Shown: positions 36,274 to 45,882 of the stretch, piece after piece
Layout of the letters: every line of letters starts with the position of its first letter
Numbering within the stretch: the stretch's first letter is position 1
NCBI GenBank assembly: GCA_900317755.1
Contig: ONHZ01000008.1
Location: 14,832 to 78,831 of the forward strand
DNA from: an uncultured Lachnospiraceae bacterium
GTDB taxonomy: Bacteria; Bacillota; Clostridia; Lachnospirales; Lachnospiraceae
Length of the DNA stretch: 64,000 nt
Direction: 5' to 3'
Program-made: the position numbers and the translations under genes
The notes under the pieces: generated by a model
What the model was told of the DNA's origin: nothing
The model's database searches: none
Seen by the model: the letters and a program-made list of their open reading frames with translations, nothing else

Positions 36274-36588
36274 TCAATCGATTACGCTGCCGTCAACCTT
36301 GGCGTAGCGAACCTTCTTACCATTCTCGTCAAACTTGAAACCAACTCTTGTGGTCTTGCCATCTTTAAGAAGCATGACATTTGAAATGTCGATTGGTGCT
36401 TCATGTTCAACAATTCCACCATTCTGGTTCTGCATTGAAGGCTTCTCATGCTTCTTGATCATATGAACGCCTTCAACTGTAACTCTATGGTTCTTTCTGT
36501 CAATATCGATGACCTTTCCCTCATTACCGAGGTCAGCACCGGAGATGACGCGGACCATATCGCCCTTCTTTATCTTTAATGTAGCCAT
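36274..36588 (-). CDS. rplX: 50S ribosomal protein L24
   Basis: KIKKGDMVRVISGADLGNEGKV KOW motif. Confidence 0.95.
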   Translation of the reverse strand: MATLKIKKGDMVRVISGADLGNEGKVIDIDRKNHRVTVEGVHMIKKHEKPSMQNQNGGIVEHEAPIDISNVMLLKDGKTTRVGFKFDENGKKVRYAKVDGSVID

Positions 36589-36600
36589 GATGCCCTCCTA

Positions 36601-36969
36601 TTATAATACCTCGGGAGCAAGTGAGATAATCTTCATGAACTGCTTATCACGAAGCTCTCTTGCAACCGGTCCGAAAATACGGGTTCCAACAGGAGTCTTA
36701 TCATCTTTAATGATGACTGCTGCATTCTCATCAAAACGGATATATGAACCGTCTTTTCTTCTTGTCTTGTTTACAGTACGAACGACAACTGCCTTGACAA
36801 CGTCACCCTTCTTTACTGTACCGCCAGGGATTGCATCCTTGACTGTAGCTGTGATGACATCGCCGATCCTTGCATAACGCCTTGTAGAACCACCAACGAC
36901 TCTGATCGTAAGGAGTTCTCTGGCGCCGGTATTGTCAGCAACTTTTAATCTACTTTCCTGCTGTACCAT
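36601..36969 (-). CDS. rplN: 50S ribosomal protein L14
   Basis: [18 protein letters not shown]. Confidence 0.95.
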   Translation of the reverse strand: MVQQESRLKVADNTGARELLTIRVVGGSTRRYARIGDVITATVKDAIPGGTVKKGDVVKAVVVRTVNKTRRKDGSYIRFDENAAVIIKDDKTPVGTRIFGPVARELRDKQFMKIISLAPEVL

Positions 36970-36983
36970 GATAACTCCTTTCT

Positions 36984-37241
36984 TTACTGTGCCTTCTCAA
37001 GTACTTCAACAAGTCTCCATCTCTTGTCCTTTGAAAGAGGTCTTGTCTCCATAACTCTTACCTTATCGCCCTCATGAGCTTCATTGTTCTCATCATGAGC
37101 TTTAAGCTTGTATGTCTTCTTAACAATCTTGTTGTAGAGTGGGTGACGAACGTTGTCACGAACTGCTACGACGATTGTCTTGTCCATCTTATCAGAAACA
37201 ACAACGCCGACACGTGTTTTTCTGAGATTTCTTTCTTCCAT
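36984..37241 (-). CDS. rpsQ: 30S ribosomal protein S17
   Basis: [19 protein letters not shown]. Confidence 0.95.
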   Translation of the reverse strand: MEERNLRKTRVGVVVSDKMDKTIVVAVRDNVRHPLYNKIVKKTYKLKAHDENNEAHEGDKVRVMETRPLSKDKRWRLVEVLEKAQ

Positions 37242-37265
37242 TTAATCTTCCTTTCCGTGCCAGTC

Positions 37266-37472
37266 TTATGCTTCCTTAGCCTTTAAGGTAATAACTGTCT
37301 GAATCCTTGCAATGTTCTTTCTGACTTCGCGGATTCTTGCTGTATTATCAAGCTGATTTGTAGCATTCTGGAATCTTAAGTTAAAAAGTTCTTTCTTTGC
37401 ATCTACAAGATCATTCTGTAAATCTTCAGATGATTTACCTTTAAGATCCTCAAGATAATCTTTAGTCTTCAT
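37266..37472 (-). CDS. rpmC: 50S ribosomal protein L29
   Basis: [29 protein letters not shown]. Confidence 0.9.
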   Translation of the reverse strand: MKTKDYLEDLKGKSSEDLQNDLVDAKKELFNLRFQNATNQLDNTARIREVRKNIARIQTVITLKAKEA

Positions 37473-37899
37473 TTACTGCACCGCCTTCCATCTGTTCCTT
37501 GGAAACGATCTTGCAACGGCATGGAAGCTTATGTGTAGCAAGTCTTAATGCTTCCTTTGCATTAGCTTCATCAATTCCGGAAATCTCGAACATTACTCTG
37601 CCGGGCTTTACTACTGCTACCCAGTATGCAGGTGAGCCTTTACCTTTACCCATTCGGGTTTCAGCAGGCTGTGCTGTAACCGGCTTGTCAGGGAAAATCC
37701 TGATCCATACCCTGCCGCCACGCTTTGTATATCTTGTCATGGCGATACGGGCTGCTTCTATCTGATTTGACTTAATCCAGCAAGGCTCAGTAGCAACGAT
37801 TGCATACTCACCGAACTGAATTGTATTTCCTCTGGTTGCCTTACCATGCATCGAACCACGGAACTGCTTACGATGCTTAACTCTCTTAGGCATTAACAT
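37462..37899 (-). CDS. rplP: 50S ribosomal protein L16
   Basis: [16 protein letters not shown] placed the start at 37899 behind AGGAGG; the track ORF extends to 38013 into rpsC. Confidence 0.95.
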   Translation of the reverse strand: MLMPKRVKHRKQFRGSMHGKATRGNTIQFGEYAIVATEPCWIKSNQIEAARIAMTRYTKRGGRVWIRIFPDKPVTAQPAETRMGKGKGSPAYWVAVVKPGRVMFEISGIDEANAKEALRLATHKLPCRCKIVSKEQMEGGAVNED

Positions 37900-38593
37900 T
37901 TTGGGTGGCCTCCTTCTTTGTGTTCTGAGGCTTCTTCTTCTGAGGAAGAACCTCGCCCTTGTAAATCCAGACCTTAACACCAATCTTGCCGTAGGTAGTG
38001 TCTGCTTCTGCAAAACCGTAATCTATGTCTGCACGAAGAGTCTGAAGAGGAATTGTACCTTCATTATAGCTCTCTGTACGAGCCATATCAGCTCCGCCGA
38101 GACGACCTGAGCATGATGTCTTGATACCAAGAATGCCTGTCTTTAAGCTTCTTGTCATTGCTGACTTCATGGCACGTCTGAATGATACACGGTTCTCAAG
38201 CTGCTCTGCGATGTTCTCAGCAACAAGCTGTGCATCCTTATCAGGCTTCTTTACTTCTTTGATGTCAAGAGAAATCTTCTTCTTGGCATCCTTAGCCTTG
38301 CCCTTATTTACAAGAGTCTCAAGTTCAGCCTTAACCTTATCAATTTCTGTGCCGCCCTTGCCGATTACAGCACCGGGCTTTGCTGTATAAACGATGACTC
38401 TGAGTCTGTCAGAAGCACGCTCGATCTCAATCTTTGAGATACCAGCCTTGTAAAGCTTCTTCTTAAGGAATTCACGGATCTTGTGATCTTCAATAAGATT
38501 GTCTGCGAATTCATCACCTTCAGCGTACCATTTGCTGTCCCAGTCATCGATAACGCCTACTCTTAAACCATGAGGATTGACTTTCTGTCCCAT
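37886..38593 (-). CDS. rpsC: 30S ribosomal protein S3
   Basis: [13 protein letters not shown]. Start at 38593 behind AGGAGG. Confidence 0.95.
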   Translation of the reverse strand: MGQKVNPHGLRVGVIDDWDSKWYAEGDEFADNLIEDHKIREFLKKKLYKAGISKIEIERASDRLRVIVYTAKPGAVIGKGGTEIDKVKAELETLVNKGKAKDAKKKISLDIKEVKKPDKDAQLVAENIAEQLENRVSFRRAMKSAMTRSLKTGILGIKTSCSGRLGGADMARTESYNEGTIPLQTLRADIDYGFAEADTTYGKIGVKVWIYKGEVLPQKKKPQNTKKEATQNVNA

Positions 38594-38603
38594 TCTTTCC
38601 TCC

Positions 38604-38993
38604 TTAATTCTTTTCATCCAGAACAATAGTAATGTGGCTCATGCGCTTCTCGATCCTGTAAGCCCTGCCCTGTGCACGAGGCTGAATTCTCTTCATAATA
38701 GGACCACGATTTGCGTAGCACTCTGCTACATAAAGGTTCTCTCTAGAAAGACCCTGATTGTTCTCTGCGTTTGCAACTGCTGACCTAAGAAGCTTAAGAA
38801 CTACTGCTGAAGCATATCTAGGATTGTACATAAGAATTGCTTCTGCTTCGTCAACGCTCTTGCCTCTTATTGCATCAAGTACGAAACAAGCCTTCGAAAC
38901 GGATACTCTTGCGTAAGATAACTTTGCGGAAGGTCTTGTATCTTTAACTGCATTTCTTTCACGCTTTATTTGCGTTCTATGTCCTTTTGCCAT
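38604..38993 (-). CDS. rplV: 50S ribosomal protein L22
   Basis: [28 protein letters not shown]. Confidence 0.95.
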   Translation of the reverse strand: MAKGHRTQIKRERNAVKDTRPSAKLSYARVSVSKACFVLDAIRGKSVDEAEAILMYNPRYASAVVLKLLRSAVANAENNQGLSRENLYVAECYANRGPIMKRIQPRAQGRAYRIEKRMSHITIVLDEKN

Positions 38994-39013
38994 TTTAACA
39001 TTCCTTCCTTATA

Positions 39014-39304
39014 TTACCTGACACCTGACTTGCCTGCGTCCTTATTGTTTCCATTATGACCATGGAATGTTCTAGTAAGAACGAACTCGCCAAGCTTATG
39101 TCCAACCATGTCCTCTGTAATGTATACAGGTACATGCTTTCTTCCGTCGTGAACGGCAATCGTAAGACCTACAAAGTTAGGGAAGATTGTGGAACTTCTT
39201 GACCAGGTCTTGATGACTGTCTTATCACCGGACTCATTTGCCTTCTTTACTTTTTTCATAAGGCTCTCTTCGCAATAAGGGCCTTTCTTAAGTGATCTTG
39301 ACAC
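39014..39304 (-). CDS. rpsS: 30S ribosomal protein S19
   Basis: [10 protein letters not shown] ... [10 protein letters not shown] ... HNGRKH-like core. Confidence 0.95.
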   Translation of the reverse strand: MSRSLKKGPYCEESLMKKVKKANESGDKTVIKTWSRSSTIFPNFVGLTIAVHDGRKHVPVYITEDMVGHKLGEFVLTRTFHGHNGNNKDAGKSGVR

Positions 39305-39322
39305 TTTTTCATCCTCCTTTTA

Positions 39323-40165
39323 TTACTTGATAGCCTTACCATTACGACGACGAACAATAAGTTTATTTGACTGCTTCTTATGATCTCTCGTCTTAAGACC
39401 AAGTGCAGGCTTGCCCCAAGGAGTAACAGGACCTGGACGTCCGATCGGAGCCTTACCTTCACCACCACCATGTGGATGGTCGTTAGGGTTCATGACTGAA
39501 CCTCTGACTGTAGGTCTCCAGCCCATGTGTCTCTTTCTTCCGGCCTTACCAATCTTAACAAGATTGTGATCGCCGTTTCCGAGGATACCGATGGTTGCGC
39601 GGCACTCAATAGGAACCATTCTCATTTCGCCAGAAGGAAGACGAAGTGTTGCGTACTTTCCTTCCTTAGCCATGAGCTGTGCTCCTGAACCTGCTGAACG
39701 AACCATCTGTCCACCCTTGCCAGGCTTGAGCTCAACATTGTGCACCATCGTACCTACAGGGATGGATGTGAATGGAAGTGTATTTCCAACTCTGATCTCT
39801 GCGTTCTCACCGCTCATGACCTTCATGCCATCTGTAAGTCCCTGAGGAGCTAAGATGTATGCCTTTGTGCCATCCTCATACTGGATGAGGGCGATGTTTA
39901 CGGTACGGTTTGGATCATACTCGATGCCGATGACTGTAGCAGCCATATCGTCCTTCTGACGCTTGAAATCGATAATCCTGTATTTCTGTCTGTTTCCGCC
40001 GCCTCTGTGACGTGTAGTGATTTTGCCTTGGTTGTTTCTTCCAGAATGCTTCTTCTTAGGAGCAACGAGTGACTTTTCAGGAGTCTTCTTTGTGATCTCT
40101 GAAAAATCAGAACCTGTCATATTTCTTCTGGAAGGAGTATAGGGTTTATATGTTTTGATGCCCAT
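39323..40165 (-). CDS. rplB: 50S ribosomal protein L2
   Basis: [14 protein letters not shown] ... [16 protein letters not shown]. Start at 40165. Confidence 0.95.
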   Translation of the reverse strand: MGIKTYKPYTPSRRNMTGSDFSEITKKTPEKSLVAPKKKHSGRNNQGKITTRHRGGGNRQKYRIIDFKRQKDDMAATVIGIEYDPNRTVNIALIQYEDGTKAYILAPQGLTDGMKVMSGENAEIRVGNTLPFTSIPVGTMVHNVELKPGKGGQMVRSAGSGAQLMAKEGKYATLRLPSGEMRMVPIECRATIGILGNGDHNLVKIGKAGRKRHMGWRPTVRGSVMNPNDHPHGGGEGKAPIGRPGPVTPWGKPALGLKTRDHKKQSNKLIVRRRNGKAIK

Positions 40166-40239
40166 TTCTTTTCCTTTCTTCATTCACCATTTATCGTCTG
40201 GTGAGCAACATATTTCTTGGCGCTTACTGCGCCTTCAAC

Positions 40240-40551
40240 TTATAGTCCTGAGAATAACTCGATATCCTTTGAGTCCTCTGTAAGCTTTACGATGGCCTTC
40301 TTTGTCTTAGCAGTAGTACCAACTGTAATGCCGCCCTTGGAATTTCTTCTCTTTGTCTTTGTAGGGCAGTTCATTGTGCTTACCTTCTCGACCTTGACGC
40401 CGTCGAACATCTTCTCAACAGCTTCCTTGATCTGGGACTTGTTTGCTTCTGGGTGAACAAAAAATGTGTATTTCTTTTCTGCCATCTCACCCATACTCTT
40501 CTCTGTGACTACGGGACGGATGATAACGTCATAATATCCAAGTGCTGCCAT
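40240..40551 (-). CDS. rplW: 50S ribosomal protein L23
   Basis: [13 protein letters not shown]. Confidence 0.9.
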   Translation of the reverse strand: MAALGYYDVIIRPVVTEKSMGEMAEKKYTFFVHPEANKSQIKEAVEKMFDGVKVEKVSTMNCPTKTKRRNSKGGITVGTTAKTKKAIVKLTEDSKDIELFSGL

Positions 40552-41177
40552 TATGCGTATACCTCCTCTACCTTCTTTATGGCATCCTGTGTAAATACGA
40601 CTTTGTCATACTTAAGGATGTCATATGTGCTAAGTGAATTTGAATATGTAAGTCTGACTGTAGGAATGTTCCTTGCTGAAAGAGCTACATTCTCATTTCC
40701 ATCTTTGTCTGTAAGTACTACGAGAGCCTTCTCAGCCTTTAAGTTTGAAAGAACCTTTACCATGTCCTTTGTCTTTGGCGCATCAAATGAAAGTTCATCA
40801 ACAACAACGAGCTTTTCATTGTTTACCTTGTCTGTAAGTGCTGAGAAAAGAGCCTTCTGTCTCTCTTTTCTATTCATCTTGAATGAATAATCTCTAGGAA
40901 CTGGTGCGAATACCATTCCGCCGCCTGTCCACTGAGGTGCTCTTGTTGAACCCTGTCTTGCATGACCGGTTCCCTTCTGTCTCCAAGGCTTTCTACCGCC
41001 TCCGGAAACTTCGCTTCTTGTCTTGGCCTTCTGTGTTCCCTGACGCTTGTCTGCAAGCTGGTGAACAACTGCCATATGAAGAAGGTGCTCATTAATCTCT
41101 GTACCAAAAACCTTGTCAGAAAGATCGATTGTGCTTACCTTCTCGCCTTCTTTATTTAATACATCTACGCTAGGCAT
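40551..41177 (-). CDS. rplD: 50S ribosomal protein L4
   Basis: [33 protein letters not shown]. Confidence 0.95.
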   Translation of the reverse strand: MPSVDVLNKEGEKVSTIDLSDKVFGTEINEHLLHMAVVHQLADKRQGTQKAKTRSEVSGGGRKPWRQKGTGHARQGSTRAPQWTGGGMVFAPVPRDYSFKMNRKERQKALFSALTDKVNNEKLVVVDELSFDAPKTKDMVKVLSNLKAEKALVVLTDKDGNENVALSARNIPTVRLTYSNSLSTYDILKYDKVVFTQDAIKKVEEVYA

Positions 41178-41196
41178 TTCTTATCTCCTTTCCGAT

Positions 41197-41874
41197 TCAG
41201 GCTTTAACAGAATCCTTAACGATGATTAAGGCCTTCTTTGGTCCTGGAACTGCGCCCTTGATGAGAAGAAGATTCTTCTCAGGATCAACCTTAACTACCT
41301 GAAGATTCTGAACAGTAACTCTTACATGTCCCATATGTCCAGGCATTCCCTTGCCCTTGAATACACGGCTAGGTGTTGAGCAGGAACCATTTGAACCCTG
41401 ATGACGATGGAACTTTGAACCGTGTGCCATAGGTCCTCTGTGCTGGTTGAATCTCTTGATGGCACTCTCGAAGCCCTTGCCCTTTGAAATACCTGTGCAA
41501 TCTACATGATCGCCTTCAGCAAATGAGTCAACCTTGATCTCACTTCCTACTTCATAAGAAGAAATATCATCAAAGCGGAACTCTCTTAAATACTTCTTTG
41601 GAGAAATTCCAGTCTTATCGAAAAGACCTTTCTGCGCTTTGTTTACGGCATGTCTGTGGGCAACGGTCTTTACGCCGTTCTTGTCCTTTGATACAGTCTT
41701 GACCTTTGAATCCTCAAAGCCTACCTGAACTGCGTTGTAGCCGTCATTGTCCTCAGTCTTGATCTGAGTAACAACATTAGGCTCAGCACGAAGTACAGTA
41801 ACAGGAATGAGTTCGCCGTCTTCTGCGAAGATCTGTGTCATGCCGACCTTCTTTGCTAAGATACCTTTGTTCAT
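41197..41874 (-). CDS. rplC: 50S ribosomal protein L3
   Basis: [13 protein letters not shown] ... [12 protein letters not shown]. Confidence 0.95.
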   Translation of the reverse strand: MNKGILAKKVGMTQIFAEDGELIPVTVLRAEPNVVTQIKTEDNDGYNAVQVGFEDSKVKTVSKDKNGVKTVAHRHAVNKAQKGLFDKTGISPKKYLREFRFDDISSYEVGSEIKVDSFAEGDHVDCTGISKGKGFESAIKRFNQHRGPMAHGSKFHRHQGSNGSCSTPSRVFKGKGMPGHMGHVRVTVQNLQVVKVDPEKNLLLIKGAVPGPKKALIIVKDSVKA

Positions 41875-42026
41875 ACTTTTTCCTTTCTACAGCGGAATGT
41901 TCATATCATCTTTGAAAGCGGAACATTCATACTAGAGCATTGCGGCGGTGCGTATATCGCGCACATGCAAGCTATTAATATTTAGAACGGGGTGATTCCC
42001 GATTCTATCGAATGGATTGTTTTGAC

Positions 42027-42341
42027 TTATTTCTCTAACATCTTAATCTTGATGTCAACACCAGCAGGCATTTCAAGTCTTGAAAGTGTCTCTACTGTCT
42101 TCTGTGAAGGAGAGAGAATATCGATAAGTCTCTTGTGTGTTCTCTGCTCGAACTGCTCACGGCTGTCCTTGTACTTATGTACTGCACGAAGGATTGTGAC
42201 AACTTCCTTCTTTGTAGGAAGCGGTACAGGTCCGGAAACTGCGTCTCCGTTCTTCTTTACCGTATCAATAATCTTCTGTGCGGACTGGTCTACAAGCTCA
42301 TGATCATAGGCCTTTAATGTGATACGCATTGTTGCTGCCAT
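42027..42341 (-). CDS. rpsJ: 30S ribosomal protein S10
   Basis: [21 protein letters not shown] ... [12 protein letters not shown]. Start at 42341; the track ORF starts at 42362. Confidence 0.95.
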   Translation of the reverse strand: MAATMRITLKAYDHELVDQSAQKIIDTVKKNGDAVSGPVPLPTKKEVVTILRAVHKYKDSREQFEQRTHKRLIDILSPSQKTVETLSRLEMPAGVDIKIKMLEK

Positions 42342-42418
42342 TTTAATGTAACTTCCTTTCAAAAATATGTTATGACTTCTGCCTTTATACGCTTCCGGGT
42401 GTGTCCTGATTTCTCAGT

Positions 42419-42458
42419 AAAAAATAACATCTCTATGGTCAAGCCCTAGAAGATGTCC
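42419..42458 (-). terminator. intrinsic-terminator-like hairpin inside the S10 operon leader (candidate attenuator)
   Basis: Minus-strand RNA forms ACAUCUUCUAGGG-CUUGA-CCAUAGAGAUGU, a stem of about 12-13 bp with one mismatch. It is followed by UAUUUUUU and lies about 75 nt upstream of the rpsJ ATG. Confidence 0.55.
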
Positions 42459-42639
42459 ACGCGGTGTTTCTATTGCGCGGGTAGACTTACGCATACGGCC
42501 TGTCGTCAGGTTCAACTTGACATTTGCTCAGCGTAAAAACCCGATCCGCCATATCTCACACATGCCCGTACATGCCTTTTAAGAAATACGGTTTGCGGCA
42601 ACCTCACGCTTCATAGCTATCAGTGTCACAGCAAGTGCT

Positions 42640-42668
42640 ACTATACAACGGATTTATGTAATTCGCAA
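42640..42668 (-). promoter_or_regulatory. sigma-A promoter of the S10-spc-alpha super-operon
   Basis: Minus strand reads TTGCGA, a 17-nt spacer, then TATAGT. This gives a leader of about 290 nt. Confidence 0.55.
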
Positions 42669-42754
42669 GTAAAATTTATTTTATTTTGTACTTTTTTCGA
42701 TACAAAAATATTTTTTCATTTTAGCAACCAATTTCTATAATGTGGTAGCTGTTT

Positions 42755-43660
42755 TTATAAAAAGGTAACCCGTCCAGATGCTCCACATGGTAAAACAAGC
42801 CCTGATGCGCTGACAGGCAGCCCGACTTCATCAGAATCTACATTAAAATCCTTGTAGCCAGCTTCGGAAATTGCCGTTGAAAGCATATAGGTGAGTACGC
42901 CTGGCTGGAGGCCAGTGGTATAGGAATTTACAAGGAAGAATAACGGCTTTTCAGAAAGAAGCGATGCGCACTTCTGAATCAGTGGAAAGATCGCATCCTC
43001 AATCTTCCAGATTTCACCCTTCGGCCCGCGGCCGTATGAAGGCGGATCCATGATAATTCCATCGTATTTATTGCCTCGGCGGATTTCCCTCTCGACGAAC
43101 TTTGTACAGTCGTCAACGAGCCAGCGGATCTTTGCATCGGCCAGGCTGGAAGAGTTTGCATTCTCATGTGCCCAGGTCACCATGCCCTTTGAGGCATCGA
43201 CATGTGTAACGGATGCTCCGGCAAGGGCAGATGCTATCGTGGCGCCTCCTGTATAAGCAAAGAGATTTAAGACCTTTATTTCACGCTCTGGATTTTTTTC
43301 TGCTGCACCATTTATAATAATAGAAGAAAACCATTCCCAGTTCACTGCCTGTTCAGGAAAAACACCGGTGTGTTTGAACTTGAAAGGCTTCAGATGAAAG
43401 GTCATCTCTTTATTAATAGAAGAAAGTGGATAATGTATCGTCCATTCCTCCGGAAGATCAAATATCTCCCACTCACCGCCGCCCTTGTCAGACCTGTGGT
43501 AATGGCCATTTAAGTGCTTCCACTGCGGGATGCTTTTCTTCGTGTTCCAGATGACCTGCGGATCCGGACGGAGCAGTATATATTTTCCCCAGCGCTCAAG
43601 CTTCTCGCCATCCGAGCAGTCGAGCACTTCAAAATCTTTCCAATTCTCTGCAATTCTCAT
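42755..43660 (-). CDS. class I SAM-dependent methyltransferase (RlmI/RlmK-like catalytic domain, no PUA)
   Basis: VLNLFAYTGGATIASALAG (SAM motif I) and IIMDPPSYGRG (motif IV). Confidence 0.75.
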   Translation of the reverse strand: MRIAENWKDFEVLDCSDGEKLERWGKYILLRPDPQVIWNTKKSIPQWKHLNGHYHRSDKGGGEWEIFDLPEEWTIHYPLSSINKEMTFHLKPFKFKHTGVFPEQAVNWEWFSSIIINGAAEKNPEREIKVLNLFAYTGGATIASALAGASVTHVDASKGMVTWAHENANSSSLADAKIRWLVDDCTKFVEREIRRGNKYDGIIMDPPSYGRGPKGEIWKIEDAIFPLIQKCASLLSEKPLFFLVNSYTTGLQPGVLTYMLSTAISEAGYKDFNVDSDEVGLPVSASGLVLPCGASGRVTFL

Positions 43661-43671
43661 GATATTTCCTG

Positions 43672-44349
43672 TCAGCTCTTATTCTTTTCCTTAAGCAGCG
43701 GCTTTAATTTCTTATATACTGCGCTGGATTTCTTCGTGTCCTTGTAAAGCTTTGAAAGTCCATTTGCGATTGATGACTTCGTCTTGTACTGATTAATAAT
43801 AGAAAGAACTTCTGATGGGTTCTCTTCTTCAGAAACTAATGCGCTGATTTCAGAAAGCGTTGCCAGATCCTTTGAAGCAACCTTGCTCTTCTTGGCGGCT
43901 TTCTTTTTGCCAGTGCTCTCAGCCTGATCATTATTTATTTTGACAGAAGACTTTTGAGGGGACTGTACAACCTTCGCCTTCTTCTTCGCATCCGCTCCGG
44001 AGAATGAAGCCCTGCGCACCTTGATATCCATATTTTTCCAGAAAGACCGGAGGCAGTCATAACCCGTGTCATGTGAAACAATAATATATTCAGAATCGCC
44101 CTGGTATTTTCCAATCAGATATCCTAAATATGAGGTGAGCTGAAAATCAAGTGCATTTTTCGTCCCGGCACTTACCTTCATCGTTTTAAAATTCGCACCC
44201 TTCTTCAATACCTCCTCAATAAAGTCGAGCGAAATGTTTTTTCTGTTTTCAGAGAAAAACATGACAATCGTGTCGCCCGTTGAGACGCCATCGAGATTCT
44301 TCATGTCATCTGTGCTGATATTTTCAAAATCAACAAGAAAGTAATTCAT
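43672..44349 (-). CDS. NYN/PIN-like (LabA/DUF88-like fold) protein with a Lys-rich linker and helical tail
   Basis: N-terminal FLVDFENI and IIVSHDTGYD match the NYN pattern (xDxxN ... SxDxD), followed by a KKKAKV...KKKAAKKSK linker. The assignment is by motif only. Confidence 0.55.
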   Translation of the reverse strand: MNYFLVDFENISTDDMKNLDGVSTGDTIVMFFSENRKNISLDFIEEVLKKGANFKTMKVSAGTKNALDFQLTSYLGYLIGKYQGDSEYIIVSHDTGYDCLRSFWKNMDIKVRRASFSGADAKKKAKVVQSPQKSSVKINNDQAESTGKKKAAKKSKVASKDLATLSEISALVSEEENPSEVLSIINQYKTKSSIANGLSKLYKDTKKSSAVYKKLKPLLKEKNKS

Positions 44350-44415
44350 TTTTTCTCCTTACAAAACGATGTCGAAAATGGTTCCTTTCAAAGAAATCCA
44401 AACCTTCATATATAA

Positions 44416-45882
44416 TTAGAAGATACTGTCATACAGATCTCTTCCGTACGCTGTCTCCTCCGGAAGCCCCGGGACAATCTTAAACGTGCGCTGTCCTCCT
44501 GACATTCTCTCTGCCTTCAGGAATACTGACTCGTCCTTCATATGCTCAAGGACATTCTCTGCAAAGGTAAAGAAATGTGTTACGAAGAAAACTTCAATAC
44601 CGTCTTCGACAAGTGCATTCACAATTTCACGGCAGATTTCAGAACCTTCCCTTTCATTTGTAGACTGGAAAGATTCGTTAAACAAAATCAGCGCATTGCT
44701 TCTGATCCTGTCTGCAATCCCACTCATGCGGAGCAGCTCTTCATCAAGCTTGCCGCTCTTCATCGTCCTGTCCTCAAGCTTTGAAAAGTGAGTGAAGATT
44801 CCACTTACCACATGGCTCTCGAAGCTTTGTGCCATGACAATACATCCAGACTGAGCCATCATCTGGGCCTGTCCGATACTTCGAAGAAATGTGGATTTTC
44901 CGCCCTGATTTGCACCGGTAATAATATATAGTGATTTTCCTTCAGAATCAATATCATTATGTACTGCATTTTCACCCGAAAGCACAACGGTCGCTTCGCT
45001 AAGCCCTGCTATATGGCGTTTTTTCATAGTTGAATCAGAAATCAACGGCATACAGTATGATACATTCTTCTCTTTCAAAGTATCTGTGAGGTTTAAGACA
45101 CCAATGTAAAATCCAATTTCTGTCTGAAGCCTGAAAAGAAAATCCTTCACATTTCCAGCCGCCTCTGTCAGTGTGTCAACGCTCTGGCTCAGTGCAAGGT
45201 TCGTCCTGTCAGAAATATCTTCCATTCCTGATTCATCATTTACAGCCAGCGTCACCTTCGGTGCCATCTTCCATTTTATTTTGTTGTCCTCAGAAGTCTT
45301 TCGGAGGAGCTGATAACCTGCAAGCGATGCATCATTATCGAAGGTAAGACCAAGCAGCATTCCATCCTTGAATTCGAGCTCGGACACAAGGTCTTTTGCC
45401 TTTCTTATGAAATCGTCATCGATTTCCTCCTTGATTTCTGAAAGCAGTCTGTTCATTCCATAAGAAGAAAATGCATTTTTATTCTGGTCTGCAAATTTGC
45501 GAAGCTCCTGTAAAAATGGTATGAAGCCTTCAAGGACAGAAACTGCACTCTGAAATCTCGTCGTAAGAATCTGCGAATTCAGCCAGTAGTCCTGCTTTTT
45601 CGTAGCATCAAGAGCTTCGGATGCAATTTCATAAAGCTTCTTAAATTCCTTCGGTTTTGCAAATGCATCATTTAGGATTTCCTGACGATATGTGATTTCC
45701 GAGCTATCAGTAAGATACCGAAACATTACTTTGCGTACTGCGCCATAAATCACGTCATCGCCCTTTGCCATTGCCTTGAAAATAATGTCCAGTGAAAGAT
45801 CAGAATTCAGGGGCTCGATTTCTTCTTCAGTCAAATCATCAAGATTGAAATCGCTGTTTTTTAATAAAAGATAGACGTTCAT
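44416..45882 (-). CDS. MutS-family ABC ATPase lacking mismatch-binding and nuclease domains (paralog B)
   Basis: Walker A is GANQGGKSTF, the MutS-like region is SGKLDEELLRM, Walker B is ALILFNE, and a VTH motif is present. Its start overlaps the stop of paralog A (ATGA at 45879-45882). Confidence 0.8.
   Translation of the reverse strand: MNVYLLLKNSDFNLDDLTEEEIEPLNSDLSLDIIFKAMAKGDDVIYGAVRKVMFRYLTDSSEITYRQEILNDAFAKPKEFKKLYEIASEALDATKKQDYWLNSQILTTRFQSAVSVLEGFIPFLQELRKFADQNKNAFSSYGMNRLLSEIKEEIDDDFIRKAKDLVSELEFKDGMLLGLTFDNDASLAGYQLLRKTSEDNKIKWKMAPKVTLAVNDESGMEDISDRTNLALSQSVDTLTEAAGNVKDFLFRLQTEIGFYIGVLNLTDTLKEKNVSYCMPLISDSTMKKRHIAGLSEATVVLSGENAVHNDIDSEGKSLYIITGANQGGKSTFLRSIGQAQMMAQSGCIVMAQSFESHVVSGIFTHFSKLEDRTMKSGKLDEELLRMSGIADRIRSNALILFNESFQSTNEREGSEICREIVNALVEDGIEVFFVTHFFTFAENVLEHMKDESVFLKAERMSGGQRTFKIVPGLPEETAYGRDLYDSIF

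Noticed and set aside
36509-36877. Plus-strand ORFs throughout the ribosomal operon (for example 36509-36877, 40453-40890, 32024-32398, 33883-34158, 38121-38390)
   Set aside because: All are antisense shadows of highly conserved ribosomal protein, secY and adk genes. They have low-complexity S/P/T/F-rich translations and no RBS.
37462-38626. Long N-terminal extensions of L16 (to 38013) and S3 (to 38626); the same issue applies to S10, L2, S8, S14, L18, But, PucR, MATE, DegV and PlsC in the track
   Set aside because: The extensions overlap the preceding gene or lack an RBS. Canonical N-termini ([24 protein letters not shown] and others) sit behind AGGAGG-type sites, so I moved the starts.
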